Source of the DNA: Chlorobiota bacterium
GTDB taxonomy: Bacteria; Bacteroidota; Bacteroidia; Bacteroidales; JAADGE01
Direction of reading: 5' to 3'
NCBI GenBank assembly: GCA_013153865.1
Contig: JAADDR010000188.1
Span: 1 to 49,234, forward strand
Length of the DNA stretch: 49,234 nt
Shown here: positions 1 to 9,743 of the stretch, piece by piece
Layout: each line of letters opens with the position of its first letter
How positions within the stretch are numbered: position 1 is the first letter of the stretch
Made by a program: the position numbers and the translations under genes
The notes under the pieces: model-generated
Seen by the model: only the letters and a program-made list of their open reading frames with translations
Database searches by the model: none
What the model was told of the DNA's origin: nothing

Positions 1-2013
1 ACGATAACGGGCATCAACGGATTCGCACAAAAAATAAACCTGTTGCCGAATCCCGTAAACACCGAAACAGAAAGAACAATAGCTCCTTACGTAAGCTACG
101 ACGGTAAAAGCATAGTCTTTATACGGCAAACAAAAAAATACCGCCGCATGTTCGAATCAAAAAAACAACCCGACGGCAAATGGTCCGAACCCGTACCCGT
201 AAAATCAGTCAATACATTCGACTCTCTCGGATGGTTTATTGATGCACCGACATATAATTACAATGCAACCGTAATATATTTCAGCATGATAGAAGACAAA
301 AAAGATGCAAACTTTAATATATACTACACCGAAAAAATTAACGAAATTTGGTCCGAACCGGTAAAAATAAACCTGCCTGTCAACGAATATACCGACAAAA
401 CCGACCCTTTCATAAGTTTCGACGGCAAACAACTGTATTTTGCCGGACGCACAGACGATAAAGAACTTGACGATTACGAATGCTACAACATATATGTTTC
501 ACAAAAAACAGACACAGGATGGTCGGAACCCAAAGCTCTGCCCGAACCGGTAAATTCCGGATGCGACAGAGCCCCAAGAATGGCTGCCGACGGTAAAACA
601 TTATATTTTATGTCGGTAAGAGGTGATAAAAAAACGGGAATAGACCTGTACTACGCAAAAAAAATCACAAAAAACGCTTGGCTTACACCCGTACCCGTAG
701 ACACACTTAACAATAACAGAGACGAAGCATACCCCAGCATCCCCCTTTCGGGGAAATATTTATACTACCAACAAAAATCAAAAAAGAAAAACGCTAAAGA
801 CGAAAAAGCCGTAAAATACCTGCTGCCGGCAGAACTGCAACCGGAAAAAACCGTGAGATTTTACGGATACGTTACCGACTTAAACTCCGGCAAACCCGTT
901 AAAGCAACAATAAACATCATAAACCCGAATACATCCGAAATACTTTCACAAGTAAAAGCAAACGAAAAAACAGGAAAATACAGTCTTTTCCTGCAAAAAG
1001 GAAAAAAATACAGAATAGAAGTTTTCGCAAAAAAATACTCACACTTCTTCTTCTACTTTAATGCCGGAAAACTTAAAAAATTCGAAGAAATTCAAAAAAA
1101 CATAACACTGTACCCCAAAGTTAATCTCATACTCAATGTTTACGACACGGAAATATACGAACCCGTACCGGCAACCGTTTCCGTTTACGACAAAGAAACA
1201 AACAAAAAAGAAGACGTATCCCTCAAAAAACTCGGCACCGGGCGATTCAACCTTACGCTGTCAATAGGAAAAAACTATGAAATACGCGCCGAACACAAAC
1301 ACTTCATAAGCAATAAATTCAATTTAGACCTTACGGGAACCGTACAATTCAACGAATTTGAAAGAGATCTGGAACTTCAAGTCAAAAAAATAGATTACGA
1401 AATTAACCTGTCCGACAAAGAAACCGGAGAAGGTGTCGAAGCACTCGTAGAAATTACAAACCTGTCCACAAACGAAAAAATAATAAGAAAAGTAAAAACC
1501 GGAAAAAACGGAAAACTGAAAATAAAACTGCGAGACGGAACCCAATACGAAATAAGCGTCAAACCTAAAGGATACGCATTCTACAACACAACTGTCGATT
1601 TAGTCGACGAAAACGCAGATTATACACTAACGGCAGAACTCAAACCGCTAAAAAAAGATACTAAAATAGAACTCAACGACATCAATTTCGAAACAAACTC
1701 GGCAGACTTAAACGAAAGTTCCTTCGAAGAACTCGACCGACTCGTCGAACTCCTGAAAACAAACTCAAACATGATAATAGAACTTGCCGCACATACCGAC
1801 GATGTAGGATCCGAAGCATACAACCTGAAACTCTCCTACAGAAGAGCCGAATCCGTTAAAGAATATCTGCTCGAAAAAGGAATACCCGAAGAACAAATCA
1901 TTGCAAAAGGATACGGCGAAAGCAAACCGGCTTTTCTGCCCGCAAATACCGAAGAAAACAGAGCAAAAAACAGACGCGTGGAATTAAAAGTTATTGAAAT
2001 AAAATCAATATAA
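1..2013 (+). CDS. OmpA-family protein with PD40/WD40-like propeller repeats, carboxypeptidase-regulatory-like beta-sandwiches and C-terminal OmpA peptidoglycan-binding domain (5'-truncated)
   Basis: Frame is open from base 1 (TITGINGFAQKINLLPNPVN, end of a signal peptide), so the track start at 43 is not the real start. PD40-like repeats (APYVSYDGK, DPFISFDGK, APRMAADGK, WSEP). OmpA motifs INFETNSA, HTDDVGSEAYNLKLSYRRA, GYGESKP, NRRVE. Confidence 0.9.
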   Translation, partial: TITGINGFAQKINLLPNPVNTETERTIAPYVSYDGKSIVFIRQTKKYRRMFESKKQPDGKWSEPVPVKSVNTFDSLGWFIDAPTYNYNATVIYFSMIEDKKDANFNIYYTEKINEIWSEPVKINLPVNEYTDKTDPFISFDGKQLYFAGRTDDKELDDYECYNIYVSQKTDTGWSEPKALPEPVNSGCDRAPRMAADGKTLYFMSVRGDKKTGIDLYYAKKITKNAWLTPVPVDTLNNNRDEAYPSIPLSGKYLYYQQKSKKKNAKDEKAVKYLLPAELQPEKTVRFYGYVTDLNSGKPVKATINIINPNTSEILSQVKANEKTGKYSLFLQKGKKYRIEVFAKKYSHFFFYFNAGKLKKFEEIQKNITLYPKVNLILNVYDTEIYEPVPATVSVYDKETNKKEDVSLKKLGTGRFNLTLSIGKNYEIRAEHKHFISNKFNLDLTGTVQFNEFERDLELQVKKIDYEINLSDKETGEGVEALVEITNLSTNEKIIRKVKTGKNGKLKIKLRDGTQYEISVKPKGYAFYNTTVDLVDENADYTLTAELKPLKKDTKIELNDINFETNSADLNESSFEELDRLVELLKTNSNMIIELAAHTDDVGSEAYNLKLSYRRAESVKEYLLEKGIPEEQIIAKGYGESKPAFLPANTEENRAKNRRVELKVIEIKSI

Positions 2014-2033
2014 AAAAGAAAACATTTGCGATT

Positions 2034-4241
2034 ATGACAAAAAAAATCATACCTAATATTATAATAATACTTTTAATACCGGTCATATTATCCGCATCAT
2101 CAAAACTTAAATACGAAGACGTTTACAAAGTAGTATTAAGCGGAGATAAAGAAAACGCATACACTATGCTGCTGGCATACCAAAAACAAGACCCGGACTT
2201 TGCAAACGTTTACTTCCAACTCGGACTTATTGCCGAAGATTGGGCTTTCGAATTTAACCCGTATACAGAATTTTATTACACCAAATTATTTATCTACAAC
2301 ACAAAATTATACTTTAACCTTGCAAAACTGTACCTGAAAGACGAAAAAAACAAAAACAGATCATATTACAAAAATGCTCCTGTAATACCAAAAGGAAAAA
2401 AACTGCAAATAGAAGACATAAACCAATACATAGACTCACAAGTAGAAAAAATTAAAGACTACGAAAAACACGTTATCAAAATAATAAACCTGTATAACAA
2501 AAGCAGCGACTCCTATAACGAATGCGTAAGCACATTCATGAAAATAAACTCAGACTACGCAAAAATTAAAAACATATACCTCAGCGACGACAAACAACTC
2601 GAAAAAGACATGACAAAACTGAAATCCGACTTTGACTCAACCCTCATATATTTCAAAAAATACAAAACCGCTCTCGCAGAATACCCGCTTAACAGATACA
2701 ACCAGAATTACCGCCTCAAAGACATCATAACATACCGCTTGGACGGACTTACATACTCCGGATTCTTAAACGACGACATCCTCCTGTGGAATTACGGAAA
2801 ATGGGTTGAAAACGTTCGAAACATCAAAGAAACCGTAATAAAAAACAACAGAGAAGAAATATTTAAACAAGACAAACAAATAAAACAAAAAATAAAAGCA
2901 CTCGAATACGGCGAATATTTCGACGATTACGCACACTTTAAACTGGACAACAAATTCATCTATAAAATAGAAAAATTCGACAATAACTCACTGCTCATAA
3001 AACTTTTCAAACTGAACGAAGCAAAAATAAATTTCCTCGAACTCTTCAAAAAATCAATCAATAACCCGGCAACTATTACATGCTGCCCGATAATCAAAAG
3101 AGCCGCATACTGCATAAACCTCAACAAACAAAAAAAATACGCCGACAGCATAAACAACATATTCATAAATGCAATAAAACCGGAAGAAATAAAAAAATAC
3201 AAAACATTCTACATATCCGAATACGACGGACTCAAAGGACTCAAAGAATATTCCTTCAGACAAAGCCTGTTTTTCGACGCAAAACAAAAAGATGCCATGC
3301 TGAACCTCAAAAAACACTTATACTTTACGGCTTTTAAAATTAATACCGACTCTCTGTCCTACAATAACACCCCGTTCCAAACACAAGTTACATCACCCGA
3401 AACAAACAACAACGAACCCGGCAAATACTATATAACAGACTTCAAAAACACAAAAGAAGGAACAATCTGGATAAGCGGATACACAATATCCGAAAACAAC
3501 AAAATGCAAGGATACACCGCATTCTCCGAAGATAACAAAAACATCAAATTCCTGTCACTAAACGAAAAAAACGACACCGCAAATACATGCAACCTCATAA
3601 TAGCTCCGTATAAAAAAGGATGCTATGCCGTTAAAACAACCAAAGGAACACAAATAAACAATACTCTCGTTAAATACGACAACAACGGTAAAATAATATT
3701 ATCACTAAATCTGCCATATCACAAAATACCGAGAATAATTAAATACGACGACATAAACAACAACATAATAATAATTTTCGGAGGATATAAAATGAACAAA
3801 ATATCGGACGATAACAAACAAATAATATACCATCTAAACCCCGACGACCAACTCCGAACATACGAAATCAAAATTAACGCAAAAATACAATTCTTTGATA
3901 TCGTAAAACGAAATAAAAAACTATATTTGTTCGGTAATTTCATTAACTTCGAAGACCTTTCCGGAAATACCGTTTACTCTAAAGCGGGAACATCGGAAAA
4001 TAAAACAAACATACTCGTTACAATAATTAACAACGGGATGATAGAAAAACAAATTCCGTTTTTCGACACACAACCGGTATTCGGAGTTAAAGCACTGAAA
4101 ATAAACAGTAACACAATTAACATATTAGGATACAAAACAGAACTTAAAGAACAAAATTTCGAAAACCTGAAAACAAAAGAATTATATTACCGGCTTATAA
4201 ACCCCGAAGGAGAAAAAATAAACTCCGCTTGGCACGATTAA
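2034..4241 (+). CDS. Secreted hypothetical protein (helical/TPR-like N-terminus, beta-rich C-terminus)
   Basis: 735-aa ORF with N-terminal signal peptide, 20 bp after the OmpA gene. TPR-like segment DPDFANVYFQLGLIA. No catalytic motif recognised. Confidence 0.75.
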   Translation: MTKKIIPNIIIILLIPVILSASSKLKYEDVYKVVLSGDKENAYTMLLAYQKQDPDFANVYFQLGLIAEDWAFEFNPYTEFYYTKLFIYNTKLYFNLAKLYLKDEKNKNRSYYKNAPVIPKGKKLQIEDINQYIDSQVEKIKDYEKHVIKIINLYNKSSDSYNECVSTFMKINSDYAKIKNIYLSDDKQLEKDMTKLKSDFDSTLIYFKKYKTALAEYPLNRYNQNYRLKDIITYRLDGLTYSGFLNDDILLWNYGKWVENVRNIKETVIKNNREEIFKQDKQIKQKIKALEYGEYFDDYAHFKLDNKFIYKIEKFDNNSLLIKLFKLNEAKINFLELFKKSINNPATITCCPIIKRAAYCINLNKQKKYADSINNIFINAIKPEEIKKYKTFYISEYDGLKGLKEYSFRQSLFFDAKQKDAMLNLKKHLYFTAFKINTDSLSYNNTPFQTQVTSPETNNNEPGKYYITDFKNTKEGTIWISGYTISENNKMQGYTAFSEDNKNIKFLSLNEKNDTANTCNLIIAPYKKGCYAVKTTKGTQINNTLVKYDNNGKIILSLNLPYHKIPRIIKYDDINNNIIIIFGGYKMNKISDDNKQIIYHLNPDDQLRTYEIKINAKIQFFDIVKRNKKLYLFGNFINFEDLSGNTVYSKAGTSENKTNILVTIINNGMIEKQIPFFDTQPVFGVKALKINSNTINILGYKTELKEQNFENLKTKELYYRLINPEGEKINSAWHD

Positions 4242-4294
4242 TGTTTTCAATAAATATTAAAAAATTCTAAGTCTTGAACCCTAATTCCGACAAA

Positions 4295-7200
4295 ATGAAC
4301 TTAAAAAAACAACTCATAATAACCCTGATATTCCTGCTGTTTTCAAACACATTATTTTCACAAATCGAAAGCAAAGGAATACCGTACATTAAAAACTACA
4401 CCAGAACAGATTACGACGGAAACAATGCAACATACTCGGTAATTCAAGACAAAAGAGGAATCATGTATTTCGCAAACCAAACATACATCCTCGAATTTGA
4501 CGGAAAAAACTGGCGAAAAATATTCATCCCCGGAGACCCCAATATATACTCGCTCGCAAAAAACAACGAAGGAACAATATTCGTAGGAGCATCCGTAGGA
4601 GAACTCGGATACCTCTATATCGACGACACGGGAAGCATGAAATACAAATCTCTTAAAAATAAAATCCCGGAAGACAAACAACAATTCACACTCGCACGAG
4701 AAGTCATTAAAGGCCCGGACAACGAAATGATATTCATAACACCGCTTACACTTTACATATACCAAAACGACACAATAAAAACAATAGACGTAGAAAAACC
4801 CGAAAACCGTTTCGTAAACCCGTTCGAAGTAAACGGAAAAATATACATCCAAGAAAAAGGACTCGGAATAATGGAATATAAAAACGGTAAACTCTCACTG
4901 CTCAAAAAAACAGAATTCTTCTCAAATAAATGGGTCGTGGGAATGTTCGGAATCCCGGAATCAGACAAAATAAACATTGCAACATGGCAAGACAGCGTTT
5001 ACAACTACAATAAAGGAAAAATAAAAAGCATAAACGAAAACTCCTTACTGAAAAGCCTTTATAAAACCGCAAAATACAACTCAAAATACTATGTAGGAGG
5101 ACTATACGGAAAAGGACTCATTATTTGCGATAAAAATCTCAGAGTAATAAAACATATTACAACAAACAACGGGCTGCAAAACAACACGGTATTCTCCGTT
5201 TACGTAGATGCCGACAAAAACATTTGGATAGGAACAAACGACGGAATATCAGTAATATACGCCAACCTGCCATACACCGTATTCTCATCTTTCGCAAACC
5301 TTACCGAAGCCGTTTACACATCAATAAAATTTAAAAACAACCTATACGTCGGAAGTTCCGTCGGAATATTTTACAAAAACTTCAACAAAAAAAACAGCAT
5401 CGACGGAGGCAAATTCAAACAAATACAAATCCCCCAAGGATCAGTACAAATCTGGAAAATCGATACAATAAACAACACTCTGCTCGCAGCATCATCAATG
5501 GGACTCTATCTCGTAAACAACGACAAAGCAGAACTCGTCGGACCGGACGTAAGCGTAAAAAGCTTCATAAACATCAACGGCAAAAAAAATACAATCCTCG
5601 CAACCGGCGGAAACGGACTCTCTCTGTTCAAATACGAAAACAACACATGGAAATACGAACATACCGTTAAAAACTTCAAAGGAAACTTCAGACATATCGA
5701 AGAAGACTCCGACGGCTCATTCTGGATATCAGACAGAAGCAAAGGAATATTCAGACTTAAACTCACTCCGGAACTCGACTCGGTAATTACTGAACAAGAA
5801 TTTACCGAAAAAGACGGACTGCCCTCAACATTCGGAAACTACGTATATAAAATAAACAACAGAATCGTATTCACTACAGACAAAGGAGTTTACATTTTCG
5901 ACAAAAAAACACAAAAATTCATCAAAGACCCGGAATTTCACGAAATATTCAAACGAGACATTAAAATAACAAACCTTTACCAAGCCCGAAACGGAAACAT
6001 ATGGTTTAAAGAAGAAATAAAAGACCCCAAAATAAGAACAAAAAAATACTGGGAACTCGGAGAAATAATAACAAAAAACGGTAAAACCGAAATAATAAAA
6101 AAACCATTCTACAAAGTAAAAAACAGAATTAACAGCATAAACCAAATATCCGACAACGAACTTATAGTCGGAACAGAAAGCGGCTTTGTCCTGTACAACC
6201 TTAACTCATCAAAAAAATTCGAAAAACCGTTTCTCGCATTAATCAGAAAAATAGAAATAATAAAAAACGACTCGCTTATATTCGGCGGAGCATTCAAAAA
6301 CGACTCCGGACAAATGGTATTACAACAAAACCCCGACAAAATCCCGCAAATACCGTTCGAATTTAACGACCTCAGATTCTCATTCGCATCAGTCTTCTAC
6401 GAAGAACCCGAAAAAACAAAATACAAATTTATACTCAGGCACAACGACACACAATGGTCCGACTGGAAATCAAAAACCGACAAAGAATACTCAAACCTCG
6501 ACCCCGGAACATACACATTTATAGTAAAAGCAAAAAACCTCTACAACGTCGAAAGCAAAACAGCAGAATTCACTTTCGAAATACTGCCGCCGTGGTATAG
6601 AACATTCGGAGCATACCTCGGATACTTCATACTTTTCATACTTTTCATATACGGCATAATACAATTAAGTATAGCACGACTCAAAAAACAAAGAGAAAAC
6701 CTCAAAAGAATAGTAGAAGAAAGAACAAAAGAAATACAAATACAAAAAGAAGAAATAGAAGCAAAAAACGAAACACTCTCTGCCCAAAACGAAGAAATAA
6801 GCCAAAAAAACGCATCAATTACGGCAAGCATAAATTACGCAAAAAGAATACAAGAAGCAATGCTCCCGCTTAAAGAAAAAATAAGCAAAGGACTGCCCGA
6901 AAACTTTATACTCTTTAAACCCAGAGATATAGTAAGCGGAGACTTCTATTGGTATGCCGAAAAAGACGGAAAAATTATATACACGGCAGTCGATTGCACC
7001 GGACACGGTGTCCCGGGAGCTCTAATGAGTATGATAGGAAGCGAAATACTTACTACAATAGTAAACACAAACGGTATAACAAAAGCAGACGTAATACTCA
7101 AAAAAATGAACGACTACGTAGTAAAAGCACTAAAACAAGAAAAAGAAGGTCTCTCGCAAGACGGTATGGACATGGCTCTGTGCGTTATCGACAAAGAAAA

Positions 7201-7564
7201 CAAAACAGTAGAATTTGCAGGCGCAAAAAACCCGCTTATCTACATAACCGACGGCGAACTGAAAACCGTTAAAGCAAGCCGAAACGGAATAGGAGGATAC
7301 CAAACCGAAGAAAAAGACTTTAAATCCGAAATAATACACTACAAATCCCCGACATGGTTCTATATGTTCTCCGACGGATACCAAGACCAATTCGGAGGTC
7401 CCCAAAACCGTAAATTTATGATTAAACAACTCAAAAAACTATTACTCGACATACACTACAAACCAATGGAAGAACAACACAGAATCCTGAACGAAGTAAT
7501 AGAAAAATGGATGGAAAACACTCCCCAAACAGACGATATACTGCTTATAGGATTCAAACTCTGA
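4295..7564 (+). CDS. Membrane sensor phosphatase: two-component-regulator beta-propeller + Y_Y_Y domain + TM helix + coiled coil + SpoIIE/PP2C domain
   Basis: ATG at 4295 (MNLKKQ) precedes the signal peptide. Propeller repeats (VYVDADKNIWIGTNDG, EKDGLPS), Y_Y_Y (YSNLDPGTYTFIVKAKN...ILPPWY), TM segment, PP2C motifs PRDIVSGDFY, DCTGHGVPGA, DGMD, SDGYQDQFGG, QTDDILLIG. Confidence 0.9.
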   Translation: MNLKKQLIITLIFLLFSNTLFSQIESKGIPYIKNYTRTDYDGNNATYSVIQDKRGIMYFANQTYILEFDGKNWRKIFIPGDPNIYSLAKNNEGTIFVGASVGELGYLYIDDTGSMKYKSLKNKIPEDKQQFTLAREVIKGPDNEMIFITPLTLYIYQNDTIKTIDVEKPENRFVNPFEVNGKIYIQEKGLGIMEYKNGKLSLLKKTEFFSNKWVVGMFGIPESDKINIATWQDSVYNYNKGKIKSINENSLLKSLYKTAKYNSKYYVGGLYGKGLIICDKNLRVIKHITTNNGLQNNTVFSVYVDADKNIWIGTNDGISVIYANLPYTVFSSFANLTEAVYTSIKFKNNLYVGSSVGIFYKNFNKKNSIDGGKFKQIQIPQGSVQIWKIDTINNTLLAASSMGLYLVNNDKAELVGPDVSVKSFININGKKNTILATGGNGLSLFKYENNTWKYEHTVKNFKGNFRHIEEDSDGSFWISDRSKGIFRLKLTPELDSVITEQEFTEKDGLPSTFGNYVYKINNRIVFTTDKGVYIFDKKTQKFIKDPEFHEIFKRDIKITNLYQARNGNIWFKEEIKDPKIRTKKYWELGEIITKNGKTEIIKKPFYKVKNRINSINQISDNELIVGTESGFVLYNLNSSKKFEKPFLALIRKIEIIKNDSLIFGGAFKNDSGQMVLQQNPDKIPQIPFEFNDLRFSFASVFYEEPEKTKYKFILRHNDTQWSDWKSKTDKEYSNLDPGTYTFIVKAKNLYNVESKTAEFTFEILPPWYRTFGAYLGYFILFILFIYGIIQLSIARLKKQRENLKRIVEERTKEIQIQKEEIEAKNETLSAQNEEISQKNASITASINYAKRIQEAMLPLKEKISKGLPENFILFKPRDIVSGDFYWYAEKDGKIIYTAVDCTGHGVPGALMSMIGSEILTTIVNTNGITKADVILKKMNDYVVKALKQEKEGLSQDGMDMALCVIDKENKTVEFAGAKNPLIYITDGELKTVKASRNGIGGYQTEEKDFKSEIIHYKSPTWFYMFSDGYQDQFGGPQNRKFMIKQLKKLLLDIHYKPMEEQHRILNEVIEKWMENTPQTDDILLIGFKL

Positions 7565-7645
7565 CACAATTATCAAAAACTAAAAACAATAAAAACATAC
7601 TTTTAATGTTATATACCCCGTATAAACAATCACAAAACTAAACAT

Positions 7646-8656
7646 ATGAAAATAAAACTCAAAAAAACGCTCGTAAACATAATACTCATCACCGTTACGG
7701 CAACAATAACATCCAATGCTCAAAAAGCAACCCTCAAAGGACAAGTAATAAACAACACAAAATACACAAAAATAGAACTCCAAGACCTGTCATACAAAAC
7801 ATTAGAAACACAAAAACTCGACAAAAAAGGAAAATTCAAATTCAATACCGAATTTGATAAATTCAACTTCTACATTCTGGTTCTCGACAAACAAAACTTT
7901 ACCGTATTCTTTCCCGAACCCGGAGAACAAGCCGAAATAATAATAAACGCCGATAACATACGAAACCCCGAAATCAAAAACTCCGAACAAACAAAAATAT
8001 ACTACGAATACAGTAAAAAATTCTCCGAAATAAAAAACAACAAAGACAAAATCGAATTTATAAAAAAAATGATTGACGACAACCCCTCGTCTCCGGTTTG
8101 CATATTCTTTATCGACAACCTCAACCCGAAAACAGATTACGAATACTTCAAAAAACTCGCCGACGGACTCAAAAAATACAAATACAACCCTATCGTCAAC
8201 GAATTCATTACAAAAACCGAAAACATTAAAAAATTAGAACCCGGAAAAGAAGCTCCCGACATAGCACTACCCGACCCCGACGGCAATATCATAAAACTCT
8301 CGTCACTCAGAGGAAAATATGTCCTCATAGACTTCTGGGCTTCATGGTGCAGACCATGCAGAGCAGAAAACCCCAACAACGTAAAACTGTACCAAAAATA
8401 CCGCGACAAAGGATTCGAAATATACGGAGTATCTCTCGACAAAGACAAAAACTCTTGGATAAAAGCAATAGAAAACGACAAACTCACATGGACACAAGTA
8501 AGCGACCTCAAATTCTGGCAATCCGAAGGAGCAAAAATATACAACGTAAAAGCAATACCGCACACCGTACTGCTCGACAAAGAAGGTAAAATAATAGCAA
8601 CCGGACTGAGAGGTCACAACCTGTCTCAAAAACTAAAAGAAATATTCGGATACTAA
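7646..8656 (+). CDS. TlpA-like periplasmic disulfide reductase (AhpC/TSA-redoxin fold, DUF4369-like N-terminus)
   Basis: Signal peptide; APDIALPDPDG; LIDFWASWCRPCRAENPN (CxxC); cis-Pro IPHTVLLDKEG. Confidence 0.9.
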   Translation: MKIKLKKTLVNIILITVTATITSNAQKATLKGQVINNTKYTKIELQDLSYKTLETQKLDKKGKFKFNTEFDKFNFYILVLDKQNFTVFFPEPGEQAEIIINADNIRNPEIKNSEQTKIYYEYSKKFSEIKNNKDKIEFIKKMIDDNPSSPVCIFFIDNLNPKTDYEYFKKLADGLKKYKYNPIVNEFITKTENIKKLEPGKEAPDIALPDPDGNIIKLSSLRGKYVLIDFWASWCRPCRAENPNNVKLYQKYRDKGFEIYGVSLDKDKNSWIKAIENDKLTWTQVSDLKFWQSEGAKIYNVKAIPHTVLLDKEGKIIATGLRGHNLSQKLKEIFGY

Positions 8657-8663
8657 AACAAAA

Positions 8664-8990
8664 ATGACACAACTGCCGAAAAACCCTACACTTAAAGACA
8701 TGCAAGAACACATCAAAAAACTTGCAATAAAACGAGGATGGAACAAAAACAACCACCTGGAAATATTTCTGCTGCTTACCGAAGAAATAGGAGAACTTGC
8801 AAAAGCCGTCAGAAACAAAACAAACCTATATACCGAAAACAACAAAAAATACCATAAAGAAGAACTCGAACTCGAATTTGCCGATGTCATGAACTACATT
8901 TTCGACCTGGCAAACTACTTCGACATAAACCTCGAAGAAGCTTTCAGAAAAAAAGACAAAATAAATGCCGAACGAAACTGGAAAAACTGA
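8664..8990 (+). CDS. MazG-like (all-alpha) nucleotide pyrophosphohydrolase
   Basis: EEIGELAKAVR and ELEFADV metal-binding motifs; NLEEAFRKKDKINAERNW tail. Confidence 0.85.
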   Translation: MTQLPKNPTLKDMQEHIKKLAIKRGWNKNNHLEIFLLLTEEIGELAKAVRNKTNLYTENNKKYHKEELELEFADVMNYIFDLANYFDINLEEAFRKKDKINAERNWKN

Positions 8991-9026
8991 AATACCGAAT
9001 TTACAAACACTAAAAACAACAAAACC

Positions 9027-9743
9027 GTGAAAAACAAAATTATAATTACGATAATACTGACAACATCAACGCTGCTCACACAAGCACAAAAAATTAACGA
9101 CATACAACTCCTTAAATCAGAACTCGACACAATCTCACAACAAAAACTGACCGTAAACTCCGTTGCCGTTAACCAAAACGGAAACTGGATAATTCTTTAC
9201 GGAGACATAGGATACTCATTCACGCAAATGCCGCAAAAACTGTCCGAAAAATTAGAAACACTGAACAAAAAACAAATACCCCTTAAAGACATAGACTTCA
9301 TCGGAAAATCCGGATGGCTGCTGTTAGCCGCCGAAAACGCATTCTACTCAGACTCCCTGCCCGAAAAATTCCTAAACGCACTCAAACAAGTCAACAAACA
9401 AGGACAAACAATAACATGCGCCGACACATACAAAAACAAAACCCTGCTGCTGTTCGGAAAAAACAAATACTACAAACAAAACATACCCGAAACACTCAAA
9501 AAAAAGATTATAAACCTGCAATACAGAAATCAATATATCAAAAATGCGGCACTTACAAAAAACGACGGATGGGCACTGCTATACGCAACAAAAGGATTTA
9601 CATACAAAAACATCCCGGTTGCAACCGCAGAAAAAATGAAAGAACTCGTGCAAAACGGCTCCTCTCTCGACAAAATCTTCTTCCTCCCGGACAACAAATG
9701 GATTATAATTTACGACAAATATAAATACGCAAGCAATCTATGA
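9027..9743 (+). CDS. Secreted hypothetical protein with five ~43-aa internal repeats
   Basis: GTG start, signal peptide ending TQAQ. Repeat cores GNWIILYG, GWLLLAA, KTLLLFG, GWALLYA, KWIIIYD. Confidence 0.75.
   Translation: MKNKIIITIILTTSTLLTQAQKINDIQLLKSELDTISQQKLTVNSVAVNQNGNWIILYGDIGYSFTQMPQKLSEKLETLNKKQIPLKDIDFIGKSGWLLLAAENAFYSDSLPEKFLNALKQVNKQGQTITCADTYKNKTLLLFGKNKYYKQNIPETLKKKIINLQYRNQYIKNAALTKNDGWALLYATKGFTYKNIPVATAEKMKELVQNGSSLDKIFFLPDNKWIIIYDKYKYASNL

Noticed and set aside
1-2013. Gene symbol porE
   Set aside because: No TPR domain or lipoprotein Cys is visible, and Bacteroidota carry many OmpA/PD40 paralogs.
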